Source: a virus (Duplodnaviria; Caudoviricetes). Taken from it: a stretch of DNA of 44,265 bases. Under the pieces are notes generated by a model. It had not been told where the DNA came from and ran no database searches. It saw only the letters and a program-made list of their open reading frames with translations. The translations under genes and the position numbers were made by a program. This document shows positions 33,965 to 43,139 of the stretch, piece by piece. The stretch lies in the IMG/VR virus record IMGVR_UViG_3300020044_006329, positions 1 through 44,265 of that record; one strand, given 5' to 3'. How positions within the stretch are numbered: position 1 is the first letter of the stretch; every line of letters starts with the position of its first letter.

Positions 33965-36900
33965 ATGCCTGAGGGACAACCTGGATACAGAGTTATTGGA
34001 GGAATCAGGTACCGATTCCCTAGCGAAGAGAAGGCGAGAGAGTGGGAGCTATTATACGAGAGTGAACTCCAGAAGATAGGAGAAGCGCAACCGAAGCTCA
34101 CCCTCTCTCAAGCTAGCACCGCGCTCAAGTCGGTTGTGCCAGGGATTGTTCGTGGCCTTGGCCTTGTCTCTACTGGCATTGGCTCTACATTTGATTCCGA
34201 GACGGCGCGTGAGTTTGGCAAATTCCTGGAAGAGGGAGCTAAACCGACCTCGGAGTTCTTTGGCGTAAAGCCGTATGAGCGGTATACGACTGGCGCTATG
34301 CTGGGCGAAACTCTCGGCGCTATGGCTCCAGCAACGGCAGGGACACTGGCCGCAGCCGCAGCTATACCTGAAACCGGAGGCGCTTCAGCCGCTATTATCC
34401 CTGGATTAGTTGGCGGCTTGATCGGCGCTGCCCAAGGTGCTGGCGAGATTGGTTCCGATATTCGCCAAGCTAGGGAGCGAGGAGCGCAGATCACCCCTGA
34501 GCAAGAGCGGAAACTTGCCCTTATTCAAGGGGGAATTACCGGACTCCTTGAGGGGGTTCCGCTTGGCCGACTGGCTAGTGGAGCTAAGGCGCTTGCCACA
34601 ACTGGCAAGTTTGCGATGAGAGGTCTTGAGCAGGAAGGCGTGAAGGAGGTCACTGAACAGCTTGCCAAACGCGCCATATTGAAGGAGATGTTGAAGTCCG
34701 CTGCTATTGAAGGTGGCACTGAAGCCGCCCAGCAGTTATCTCAAAACATCTTGGCGCGTGGCGATATATCCGCGCTTGGTCCTGGGTATGATCCGACTCG
34801 CGACTTAACGGAGGGTGTTGTTGAGTCGGCTGGGGTTGGGGCGTTTTTCGGTGGCGCTCTGCAAGGAGGTATCGATCTTTACAACCGAAGGAACCTGAAG
34901 AGGTATCTCAGTAGCCAGAGGGAAGTCTCTCCCGAGAGCGCCGATGTTGGTAGGCAGCTTGAGGATGCTCTTATTTCCAGAGAGGTCCAGGGCCAGCGCC
35001 AGGAAGAGATTGCCAGGGGCATTCTCGGCGAAGAAGCCGCTAAACTTGCAGACGTAGAAGCCGCCGCTGCCCAGAAGAAACTTGGAGATTCCCTTGAGTC
35101 GGCGCTTTCTGTTTTCTCTAAAGAGCGCATTACTCCAAGAGAAAAGGTTGGCGCGTACAGGGAACTGGCTGCTCAAGACCTATTCGGTGAGACGTACGGG
35201 GGGCTTGACACTCCTCGGGTTATACAGGCAAACAAGCACGCGCTTGACCTGCTTACGAGGAACGTAAACCCTGAGTCTGTAGCACTTGGAATTCAAATCA
35301 AACAGCGAGAGGCTCCCGGCTCTGTAGAGATGAAGCGCATCGAGCCAATAGAGGGAGAGGCTGGCGTGCTACCCGAGCCAGAGGTAGAGCCGACCACATC
35401 AGGAGAGGATCGCATCCCTGTTTTTCAAGACAGGATATCCAAACGGCTCTTCAATAAGCCTTACTCCAAGCTCACCTCCGAGCAATCCACGACTGTAGAC
35501 AAGCAGGTAGAGCGCGAGACTGGCACCAAGATTATTGAGCCGAGAATTCTCCAGCAACAGCAACAACAGCAGCAAGAAGAAGAAAAGGCCAAGTCGCTTC
35601 AGGACATTGGTGAGGCCAAGGCGTATATAGCTGAAAACCAAGATCTGTACAAGGAGATTTCTTCTGGTCTTGGGTTCACCGCAAGGCGAAAGCCCAAAGC
35701 TGAAGACCTTCCATCTATTGCTGGAATGATGAGGCAGCAAGTAGAGGACGCCAGTCTTAAAGAAAAGATCAGCCAAGCCAATCTGAAGATCCAGGAAAAC
35801 GAACCAGTGGCGGCTGCATTATCTAGGAATCTGTTTGGCAGAGACCTGTCTTCCCTGTACGATACTCAAAGGGTCGCGCTGTCAGAGCAGGTTGACGCAG
35901 AGAATAGTCGGATTGAATTAGAACAGAAAGAAGCGGCCAGAGAAGAAGACCGCCTAAAGACCGTAGCGCAAGAGCAGACCAAGGTAAACCTGGAAAACCC
36001 GTCAGGGGGAGACTCCATTGAAACCAGGGAGCGAAGGGCTGCTGCCAAGATGTACGGCACTCCTCGGGTCGAGGAGCTTACCCCCTTACAGCAGGAGTTT
36101 GTGGCTGGTCAGACGCTTGACCGGATTGGGTCCGTCGTCCTGCCAGAAGAAGTAAAAGAAAAACAGCAACTCCAGAAATATGGGGTGGATGCGGACACAC
36201 TGACATCCGTCATCGAGGAACTAAAGACCTCTCCCGATATCCCCGTTGAAGAAAAGAGCGGCCTCACTCCTGTTAATCCCGGCACGATTCAGTCTATGCC
36301 TTTGGTTAGAGGCATGAGGGGCAAGGCGATTGATAACGCCAGGGCGCTCTTCAATGCAATGGTTGAGCGCGGGAATGTGGTCGAGATTGGTGGCACCTAT
36401 TACCTTGATCCAGAGTCAAGGGGGCCAATGTATAAGCTCCCCCGCAAAGGGGAAGGGAAGGCTATGGCGGCTCCTGAGCAGCAGCCTGTTACCGGCAAAG
36501 CCGCACAGGTCAAATCTGAGCCAGCGCCTCCGATGCTTGGCCCCGGCGTCCCCTTAAGCCTCGACGTAAAGACAGCGCGTCAGGTATCCGAAAGAGCATA
36601 CGAGCAACTCAAGAAGCTCAATGTAAGCGACATCTACTCCACGGTTGTTGTCGATAACTTCCTGGACGAGAAGGGTGACCCCAAGCCCGAGATGGCTCGG
36701 TTCCTGAACGGCGTTATTAAGATCGCATCCAAGCAGAACGATGTCGCCACGTCCGAGAAGAACCTGATCGACACGATAAACCACGAAGTCGTTCACGGGA
36801 TGAAGGAGTCTGGCTTCTTCAGTAACGCAGAGTGGAGCCTCCTTACCGCGAAGTTCACCCCAAAGCAGGAGTTGGACGACGATATAGTAGCCGCGTACCA

Positions 36901-39900
36901 GGAGAGATTCAAGAGCGAATCCCCTGAGTCCATCAACGAGAGACTAAAGGAAGAGGCAGTTGCTCACGCAATCGAGCGTCTGTCTGATCTCCCGGCAAAG
37001 GCACTGGATATTCCGTCAGTCTCCCTGTTGTCTAAAGTGAAGTCGCTTGCCCGTCTCGGCACTGCTGCCAATAATCTTGGGTACACGGCTGAAGATCTGA
37101 TTGCTGCGGTCAAGGCCGGGGATGTAGGAAAGAGGGTGATCAAGGGGAGGCCGACCCTACTCGACGCCGCTAAGTCTGGCAGGACGACTCGTGTCACTGC
37201 CGTGTCTCCTGATTCTGTTATCGCCGCGATTGACATACCAGAGGAGGTGACCCCACAGGAGGCTGCTTCCATCCAGGAGGAAGAGGTAGCGCCAGAGTTA
37301 AAGGGCAGCATAACTGAGGAAGCTCCAGTTGCTGAAAAGACTGCCGGAGTAGAGCCTGACGGCTCGATGTACAAACTTCCGCCTCAAACTCAGACTCAAC
37401 CCAAGCTGTTCAAGGTAAAGAAGCAGGAAAGCATTGTCGAGAACTTCAAGAACAGACAGAGCTTGGGGGACTTTGCGGAGCAGACAGTTGAGAAAGCTCG
37501 TAAGTCCAAGTTCGTTAAGAATGTAGCTGGAGAAGAAAGCCAACTCGGCACCATCCGGCTCGGGCTAAGGCAAAAGGTACTGGACTCCGCTGCCTCCATC
37601 ATCAAGAACGCTGAGAACTTATTTAGGACAACGGGCAATACCCAGTACACCGACACCGCCACTAGCGCCGTCACGGCTTACCGTCAATCTCAGAAGTCGA
37701 ATGAGCTTCTCAGTGAAGCCATGAACCGTGGCTACATCTACTTCGATAGGGCTACTGGGTTCTTCATGATAAAAGACAGTGCCGATCATGCGATGATGCC
37801 GCAGTTAAAGAAGCTGGCAGAAAAAGGAAAGCTGTATATCGCATGGGATGCCGCTATCGCACAGCGTTATGTGGACGTACACAACGCTGGCCTTGATGCG
37901 AAGTCAATGCTTGGCAGTGACTTCACTGTTAAGGATGCCCAGGATGTCGTAAACTCATACAAGAACGATCAGGACATACAGGAGTTCTTGAGAGTATACA
38001 AGAACTTCAACAACTCGATGATCGATCTTAATCGGTACGTCGGGAATTTTGATCAGGCAACCGCTGCGAAACTCAAAGCTTGGTACTACTCACCGTATTA
38101 CCGAGTGCCGCTCGATGAGAATGGGTACCTTGAGGCACCGAAGGTAGCTGCCGCGAGGATCACCAACCTCCAATCCGCCAAGAAGATCTCCGGCAGGCCG
38201 AATCCTATCAACGATGCCATTGAGAACTTTGTAACCAACGCGCAGTACATGGTTGGATACGCGACGAAGAATGAAGCGGCAAGGAGATCGATTCGCGATG
38301 CGGTAGACGCGAGCTTTGCCAAGAGGATCGCGTCACCTGATCAAGCCTCTGACAAGGGAAATGTCGTTCGCATCAATGAGAATGGCGCTAAGGCGTACTA
38401 CGAAGTGAGCGATCCGCTGCTGTATCAAGCCATGAATGCAGCACAGGCGCGGCTGGACTCAATGATTGCTCTTGGTGGCTGGGCTACCAAGCTCCTGCGG
38501 TATGGAGTAACAACATCCCCTACATTCATTTTCAATAACATGTTCTTGGATTCGTTCCGCCTTTGGGGGTTAGGGATCTATAAGGACAACCTTGTTAAGT
38601 CAGTGGTCGTGAACGTAGGCTCTGGGATAAAGTCAGTCCTCTCTCAAGACGAGACGTATCAAAGGCTTCTGAAGGCTGGCTTGATTACCAATAATATGGC
38701 GGCGCGAGATGCCGTGCAGGCAGCTAAAGAAATCCGCAGGGCGCTTGCCGTGGAGCAGGGTGGCGCGATTGCCAACATGCTCCGACAGTTCAAGAATTAC
38801 ACGCTTGGCGGACTAGAGGAGTTCAGCCGTAAATCAGAAGCCGTAAATAGAGTTCAGGTTTATAAGAACGTACTGAAAGACATGAAGACAAATGGCGCTA
38901 CTCCTGAAGCAGCAGAGAGTGCCGCTCTATTTGCCGCCATGGAGTATCCGGTAAACTTCGATGTGAAAGGGTCTGGGCAGATCGTCCAGTACGCAACCGC
39001 CCTTCTCCCGTTCGTCAACGCAAGCGCCCAAGGTACCGATGTCTTCTACCGGAATGTAAAGGAGATATGGAAAACGTCCAGGCCAATCGGCGGGGAGAAG
39101 GTTCAGCCTATCAATATGTTGCAGGCATCCTCGCTCGAAGCGGCCAAGAGAACTATCTTCAACTCGGTTGTTCTGGGAAGTCTGTACACGCTTGCTATGG
39201 CTGCCTCGGATGATGACGACTACAAGAAGATGACCCTTCAGGAGAAGTCGCAGACTATTCTTGTTCCTATCCCCGGCGGGAATAAGATTAAAATCCCAGT
39301 GCCGCCAGAGCTTGGGTCCATCACGCTCATGATACCTTCAGCTTTTGCTGAGTATATCCGTGGGGTGGATAACGGGCCGCAGATTCTCAAGTCGATGTCG
39401 GCGTTCTTTGCGAGTTTGTTCACCTTTGACCCGACCCCGCAGGTCATTCGACCTGTCGTGGAAACGATTCTTAACAAGAACTTCTACACATTCCGCCCGG
39501 TTGAAAACGAGGCTATGCGCCGGATATTGCCAGAGTATCGGTATGAAGAAAGTACCTCCGCACTAAGCAAAAAGCTCGGGCAGTTTGCCTCAAAGGCTTC
39601 CTTGCCTATCTCCCCTTTGCAGTTCGACCACCTGATCCGTGGGTACTTTGGGACTATAGGAATGTTTATGGGGGATGTCTCCAATCAACTATTTAATCCA
39701 CAAAATAGGGATATCGATAGGTTTAAGCTGTCTGACCCGTACCTCTTTCCGGTTGTCGGCAGGAAGTTTGTTGGCCCAGTAGACAGGAAAGCTATCGAAG
39801 ACTATTACGAGATCAGGAACGCCGCCACTCAAGCGGCCAATACCCTCAAGATGGTCGAGGCGTCTAAGGTCTACGAGGATAACCCTGAGAAACTCAGGGA

Positions 39901-40120
39901 GATGGCGTACATGGCGCAGGTCAACCAAGCCATACAGGCAGGACCAGAGAAGCAGATGCAAGAACTCAGGAAGTTGAAGAGCCAAGTTCTTGCTGCCCCA
40001 GGGTCGGTAATTGGTCCATCAAGGAAAACGGAAGTCATCAAGCAAATCAACTTGAAGATAAACGAGATTGCCCGTAGCGTTCAGCCTCTAAAGAGGACTA
40101 TTCCCTTCAGTTTGTTTTAA
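33965..40120 (+). CDS. large polyvalent/ejection protein with zincin-like HExxH domain and C-terminal LPD38-like domain
   Basis: NHEVVH...EEAVAHA; C-terminal KIPVPPELG, P-VIRPVVE...NKNFYT-RP, TSALSK-LG, SPLQFDHLIRGYFG. Confidence 0.8.
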   Translation: MPEGQPGYRVIGGIRYRFPSEEKAREWELLYESELQKIGEAQPKLTLSQASTALKSVVPGIVRGLGLVSTGIGSTFDSETAREFGKFLEEGAKPTSEFFGVKPYERYTTGAMLGETLGAMAPATAGTLAAAAAIPETGGASAAIIPGLVGGLIGAAQGAGEIGSDIRQARERGAQITPEQERKLALIQGGITGLLEGVPLGRLASGAKALATTGKFAMRGLEQEGVKEVTEQLAKRAILKEMLKSAAIEGGTEAAQQLSQNILARGDISALGPGYDPTRDLTEGVVESAGVGAFFGGALQGGIDLYNRRNLKRYLSSQREVSPESADVGRQLEDALISREVQGQRQEEIARGILGEEAAKLADVEAAAAQKKLGDSLESALSVFSKERITPREKVGAYRELAAQDLFGETYGGLDTPRVIQANKHALDLLTRNVNPESVALGIQIKQREAPGSVEMKRIEPIEGEAGVLPEPEVEPTTSGEDRIPVFQDRISKRLFNKPYSKLTSEQSTTVDKQVERETGTKIIEPRILQQQQQQQQEEEKAKSLQDIGEAKAYIAENQDLYKEISSGLGFTARRKPKAEDLPSIAGMMRQQVEDASLKEKISQANLKIQENEPVAAALSRNLFGRDLSSLYDTQRVALSEQVDAENSRIELEQKEAAREEDRLKTVAQEQTKVNLENPSGGDSIETRERRAAAKMYGTPRVEELTPLQQEFVAGQTLDRIGSVVLPEEVKEKQQLQKYGVDADTLTSVIEELKTSPDIPVEEKSGLTPVNPGTIQSMPLVRGMRGKAIDNARALFNAMVERGNVVEIGGTYYLDPESRGPMYKLPRKGEGKAMAAPEQQPVTGKAAQVKSEPAPPMLGPGVPLSLDVKTARQVSERAYEQLKKLNVSDIYSTVVVDNFLDEKGDPKPEMARFLNGVIKIASKQNDVATSEKNLIDTINHEVVHGMKESGFFSNAEWSLLTAKFTPKQELDDDIVAAYQERFKSESPESINERLKEEAVAHAIERLSDLPAKALDIPSVSLLSKVKSLARLGTAANNLGYTAEDLIAAVKAGDVGKRVIKGRPTLLDAAKSGRTTRVTAVSPDSVIAAIDIPEEVTPQEAASIQEEEVAPELKGSITEEAPVAEKTAGVEPDGSMYKLPPQTQTQPKLFKVKKQESIVENFKNRQSLGDFAEQTVEKARKSKFVKNVAGEESQLGTIRLGLRQKVLDSAASIIKNAENLFRTTGNTQYTDTATSAVTAYRQSQKSNELLSEAMNRGYIYFDRATGFFMIKDSADHAMMPQLKKLAEKGKLYIAWDAAIAQRYVDVHNAGLDAKSMLGSDFTVKDAQDVVNSYKNDQDIQEFLRVYKNFNNSMIDLNRYVGNFDQATAAKLKAWYYSPYYRVPLDENGYLEAPKVAAARITNLQSAKKISGRPNPINDAIENFVTNAQYMVGYATKNEAARRSIRDAVDASFAKRIASPDQASDKGNVVRINENGAKAYYEVSDPLLYQAMNAAQARLDSMIALGGWATKLLRYGVTTSPTFIFNNMFLDSFRLWGLGIYKDNLVKSVVVNVGSGIKSVLSQDETYQRLLKAGLITNNMAARDAVQAAKEIRRALAVEQGGAIANMLRQFKNYTLGGLEEFSRKSEAVNRVQVYKNVLKDMKTNGATPEAAESAALFAAMEYPVNFDVKGSGQIVQYATALLPFVNASAQGTDVFYRNVKEIWKTSRPIGGEKVQPINMLQASSLEAAKRTIFNSVVLGSLYTLAMAASDDDDYKKMTLQEKSQTILVPIPGGNKIKIPVPPELGSITLMIPSAFAEYIRGVDNGPQILKSMSAFFASLFTFDPTPQVIRPVVETILNKNFYTFRPVENEAMRRILPEYRYEESTSALSKKLGQFASKASLPISPLQFDHLIRGYFGTIGMFMGDVSNQLFNPQNRDIDRFKLSDPYLFPVVGRKFVGPVDRKAIEDYYEIRNAATQAANTLKMVEASKVYEDNPEKLREMAYMAQVNQAIQAGPEKQMQELRKLKSQVLAAPGSVIGPSRKTEVIKQINLKINEIARSVQPLKRTIPFSLF

Positions 40121-40537
40121 GTCTGTATTCGGCGCTTGAGTCCTGGTAGGCGTAATGTTGACAACAATCTTGCGCCTATCACTCCTCACCTGCTTGATCT
40201 CTATATCCTCTACAGAATTACTGGACATACACTCGATTATGCAGGCACGGTATAGAACCTTCAACACGCAATCCAACAGCGCCGGGTAATCCTTCAGCCT
40301 CCCTCTGTCGTGATACTCAACCTTCAGAGACACGCCTTCAACCGGGAGGAATCTGATCTGGCTAGATATCTGTTGCGCCACTCTATACAGATCCTTGCTG
40401 GCTGTCGGGCTGTGTATAATCTCCCCTCGCTCGTTCTTAAGGTACATCGACAGCGGGAAAGAAGGGTCGTTGATTGTGAGCTTGAGGGGCTTCAGCAGTG
40501 TGCCGACAGCCCCCTCGTCAGCTACAATGTCTCCCAC
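40088..40537 (-). CDS. degenerate RusA-like protein
   Basis: Size and layout resemble RusA (LTI..P..P.S; V-LKVEY; L...IIE; IVVNITP) but canonical DxDN-K residues are absent; start uncertain. Confidence 0.45.
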   Translation of the reverse strand: MGDIVADEGAVGTLLKPLKLTINDPSFPLSMYLKNERGEIIHSPTASKDLYRVAQQISSQIRFLPVEGVSLKVEYHDRGRLKDYPALLDCVLKVLYRACIIECMSSNSVEDIEIKQVRSDRRKIVVNITPTRTQAPNTDLKQTEGNSPL

Positions 40538-40953
40538 CTGCCGTCCCAAGCCACGTCTTTTCCTTCCTTGTACTTCCATCTTGCTTTGCTCTCCCTCTTG
40601 TCGCAATGAATAAACCCACCCTCTACTGACACGCCTACCCCCAGAAACTTGCCGAACTTCTCTACCTTCGCGTAAAGATCCTTCAGGCGCATACCTGGGC
40701 TTTGGATATCGACAGCCACTCCCATCCTGTGCCGTCCGATTTTCCCCCAACCCTTCGCAACCTCAACTGGATGCAGTTCACATCGATACCCACTGTTGAT
40801 TACTACTGGCGCACCAAGGTAGTCCCGAAACTCCTGGACCAACTCAATGAACTCAGGTTGCATCCCGTTCTTTGCACAGTGCTTGCAAGCAACTTCGGAC
40901 ACCTTGAAGTTCTTGGATACCATCCACTCTGGATTGACTACCGCTGTCTGCAT
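40522..40953 (-). CDS. peptidase M15A-family zinc peptidase (probable endolysin)
   Basis: NFKVSEVACKHC, INSGYRC, HRMGVAVDI, GFIHCD-R. Confidence 0.9.
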   Translation of the reverse strand: MQTAVVNPEWMVSKNFKVSEVACKHCAKNGMQPEFIELVQEFRDYLGAPVVINSGYRCELHPVEVAKGWGKIGRHRMGVAVDIQSPGMRLKDLYAKVEKFGKFLGVGVSVEGGFIHCDKRESKARWKYKEGKDVAWDGRWETL

Positions 40954-41012
40954 AATCTACATTATATACAAACCAACCCCTCGGTACAGAGAACACTTGA
41001 AGCATTCAGTGT

Positions 41013-41031
41013 ACCCAGGGGTCGCCTGGGT
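41013..41031. terminator. hairpin, possible terminator
   Basis: ACCCAGG-GGTCG-CCTGGGT followed on + by T-rich sequence. Confidence 0.4.
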
Positions 41032-41126
41032 GTCTCTTTTGCTTTTGGTCCTGTTTTTTTCGTTCTTTAATGCTTCCCTTCCCTTCCTCTCTTTTGTTTT
41101 ATTTGTGGCACTGAGCCACTTCAAGC

Positions 41127-41579
41127 CTACCTTAATCCGGTAGACCCGAACCCGCCGGAGCCACGGGACGACTCCGATAAATCTTTGGACTCCTCGAAGG
41201 AGATCGGCTCATACCTTGAGACGACCATCTGCGCTATTCGCATTCCCTTCTCGATCAAAAAAGGCTGGTCCCCAACTTGCTTGTGACCATTCCAGCACAG
41301 TATCACGCCTATCTCGCCACGGTATGCTGGGTCGATTGTTCCTGGGGAGTTGAGGACAACGATACCATACTTCAGTGCCAGCCCAGACCGGCTTCTGATT
41401 TGAGCCTCGCACCCAGGCGGAAGCTCCACGAATAGCCCGGTCTTCACTACCTCCGGTTCATTTGGCCTGAGGTACACAGTCTCGTCTGCATACAGATCCA
41501 TCCCTGCATCCTCTACTGGACCGTGTGAGTATGCGGGTATCCTCACAGAAGCATTCTTTGTTTTCAGTTTAACTATCAT
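41127..41579 (-). CDS. dut: trimeric dUTPase
   Basis: Five motifs: AGMDL, RSGLA, GTIDPAYRGEI, RIAQMV, RGSGGFGSTG. Confidence 0.97.
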   Translation of the reverse strand: MIVKLKTKNASVRIPAYSHGPVEDAGMDLYADETVYLRPNEPEVVKTGLFVELPPGCEAQIRSRSGLALKYGIVVLNSPGTIDPAYRGEIGVILCWNGHKQVGDQPFLIEKGMRIAQMVVSRYEPISFEESKDLSESSRGSGGFGSTGLR

Positions 41580-41778
41580 CTCTTACCTTTCCTTGATAAC
41601 TAGCTCGACTAGCCCACCTCTTGAATACATGTAACTCCATGTGTTCAATTGAAGTTGTTCTGTTCACCCCATCGGTTTGCACCACCACAACGCCGTGTTT
41701 CTTGCCCAAGACCACGCGCTGAAGAACCTTACTCACCCAGCAGTCACCGCGTCTTGGACTATCAAATACTGATCGCAT
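41569..41778 (-). CDS. hypothetical protein (69 aa)
   Basis: ATG at 41778 after GGAGG. Confidence 0.6.
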   Translation of the reverse strand: MRSVFDSPRRGDCWVSKVLQRVVLGKKHGVVVVQTDGVNRTTSIEHMELHVFKRWASRASYQGKVRDDS

Positions 41779-42037
41779 CGGTGACCTCCGATATCTGCGC
41801 CAGCCGCTCACCTAGCGCCTTGTGGATACGCCGTGCCTCGGCAATTGCCATCCGTGCCGCCGCGTCCACGTTGTCCGCCGCTCCGATAGGCTTGCCGAGT
41901 GCCAGCACGTCAAACAATCCATTGCGCCATACGAATGATAGTTCCAGCACTCCGCCAAAGTTGCAGAGGTAGCACTGGTAATGCTCACGCCACTTAACGC
42001 CTGCGATTTCGACTATCTGAGGGGATGGTAGTTTCAC
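41762..42037 (-). CDS. hypothetical protein (91 aa)
   Basis: GTG at 42037 after GGAGGTG. Confidence 0.65.
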   Translation of the reverse strand: MKLPSPQIVEIAGVKWREHYQCYLCNFGGVLELSFVWRNGLFDVLALGKPIGAADNVDAAARMAIAEARRIHKALGERLAQISEVTDAISI

Positions 42038-42041
42038 TTCT

Positions 42042-42371
42042 TCACCTCCTTGCGGCGTCGATGGCGGCGCGTGGCGTGCTATCCGCAGGGCCGTCAAACC
42101 AGTTGCCCGTGCGACGTGATTGCACGACAAACTTCCCTGCCTCCCACTCGGTCACATGCGCCATATTTTCGTGCAGCCAATCCAGACGCTTGCTGTCCTC
42201 CCGCGCCTCCGCCAGCGCGGCTTCGATAGCGACAACCCGGACTAGAAGTCGGCTAATCGCTTCGGCGTGTGTATCGCTGCCGTTCTGCCGCAGAATGCCG
42301 ATAGCGTCCCGCGCATACTCCTCGTAGTCCATTGCCCCGTTATGCGGGTTATTCCATTCGGTCTGTATCAT
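42042..42371 (-). CDS. phage accessory protein with RLDWL...TPRAAIDAA module
   Basis: ATGA coupling with upstream gene; motif common in phage early accessory proteins. Confidence 0.7.
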   Translation of the reverse strand: MIQTEWNNPHNGAMDYEEYARDAIGILRQNGSDTHAEAISRLLVRVVAIEAALAEAREDSKRLDWLHENMAHVTEWEAGKFVVQSRRTGNWFDGPADSTPRAAIDAARR

Positions 42372-42604
42372 CCCTTCCTCTCCTTCTCCCACTCGGCCCG
42401 AGCGTATTCCTCAAACGACGGCCAACCGTGATGCTTGCCGCTGCAATACAGTCGCCCAAACCGCAGCCAGCCAGCCTCGTCGGTGCCGAACAGCCACTCG
42501 ACCAACTCAAGCGCGTCAGCGCCCATCTCACCCGCCACACACTCATCTCGATAGTCCGCGTTGCCGACCATCCGCAGCACCTCCGCCGCGCGTGCGGGGG
42601 TCAC
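42368..42604 (-). CDS. hypothetical protein (78 aa)
   Basis: Coupled start/stop overlaps on both sides; GGAGG SD. Confidence 0.7.
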   Translation of the reverse strand: MTPARAAEVLRMVGNADYRDECVAGEMGADALELVEWLFGTDEAGWLRFGRLYCSGKHHGWPSFEEYARAEWEKERKG

Positions 42605-42876
42605 GGCTTAACCTCCGGCGCGGATTCGACGGCGGCGATTGGAGTCGAGTATCTTGGGCTGACCGTGCGCACTAGGCTCTGGCAGGTAGAATCCCAAAAC
42701 CAACCGCAATTATCTTTTTGCCCTGTCACCTTCGCCCACGCCGCAGCGCAGCGGGCTAGGTCGGCAAGGTCCTGCTCACTTAGTCCATATGACGCACCCC
42801 GACCCACTCCGTCTATCGCCACGGCACACTTCGCCGCCAACTCCTCCAGCCGTTTAGCGTCGAGTTTAGCGTCCAT
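42601..42876 (-). CDS. hypothetical protein (91 aa, MDAKLDAKRLEELAAK...)
   Basis: AAGGGAG SD; coupled to next gene. Confidence 0.7.
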   Translation of the reverse strand: MDAKLDAKRLEELAAKCAVAIDGVGRGASYGLSEQDLADLARCAAAWAKVTGQKDNCGWFWDSTCQSLVRTVSPRYSTPIAAVESAPEVKP

Positions 42877-42997
42877 TCGCGTCTCCCTTCACCAGCCGGA
42901 AGCGCGGCTTCGCTGGCTTCTTTTTCGTCGGCTTCTGAGCTTTCGCCCATTGTTGCGCGTTGTGCGCTTTGACTTGCTTACGAGTTGGCAAGCGCAT
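42866..42997 (-). CDS. small basic protein (43 aa, MRLPTRKQVKAH...)
   Basis: Hand-translated; AAGGAG SD; fills the gap between neighbours. Confidence 0.5.
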   Translation of the reverse strand: MRLPTRKQVKAHNAQQWAKAQKPTKKKPAKPRFRLVKGDANGR

Positions 42998-43139
42998 TGG
43001 CGGACTCCTTCTCCAGTCGATCAAGCAGGGCTTCCGCTGCGATCACCCATTCCGACTTGAAGAATAACCCCGTCTCAGTTCTACCACAGGTAGCTGCCCA
43101 TTGGTCCGCTCTCCCAGCCTCCAGCCGTTTAGCGTCCAT
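42978..43139 (-). CDS. small hypothetical protein (53 aa, MDAKRLEAGR...)
   Basis: Hand-translated; GAGG SD; start shares 19 bp with the 42601..42876 gene. Confidence 0.55.
   Translation of the reverse strand: MDAKRLEAGRADQWAATCGRTETGLFFKSEWVIAAEALLDRLEKESANALANS

Noticed and set aside
40962-41126. Small ORF in the pyrimidine-rich gap between endolysin and dut
   Set aside because: No convincing start or SD; low-complexity spacer with a hairpin
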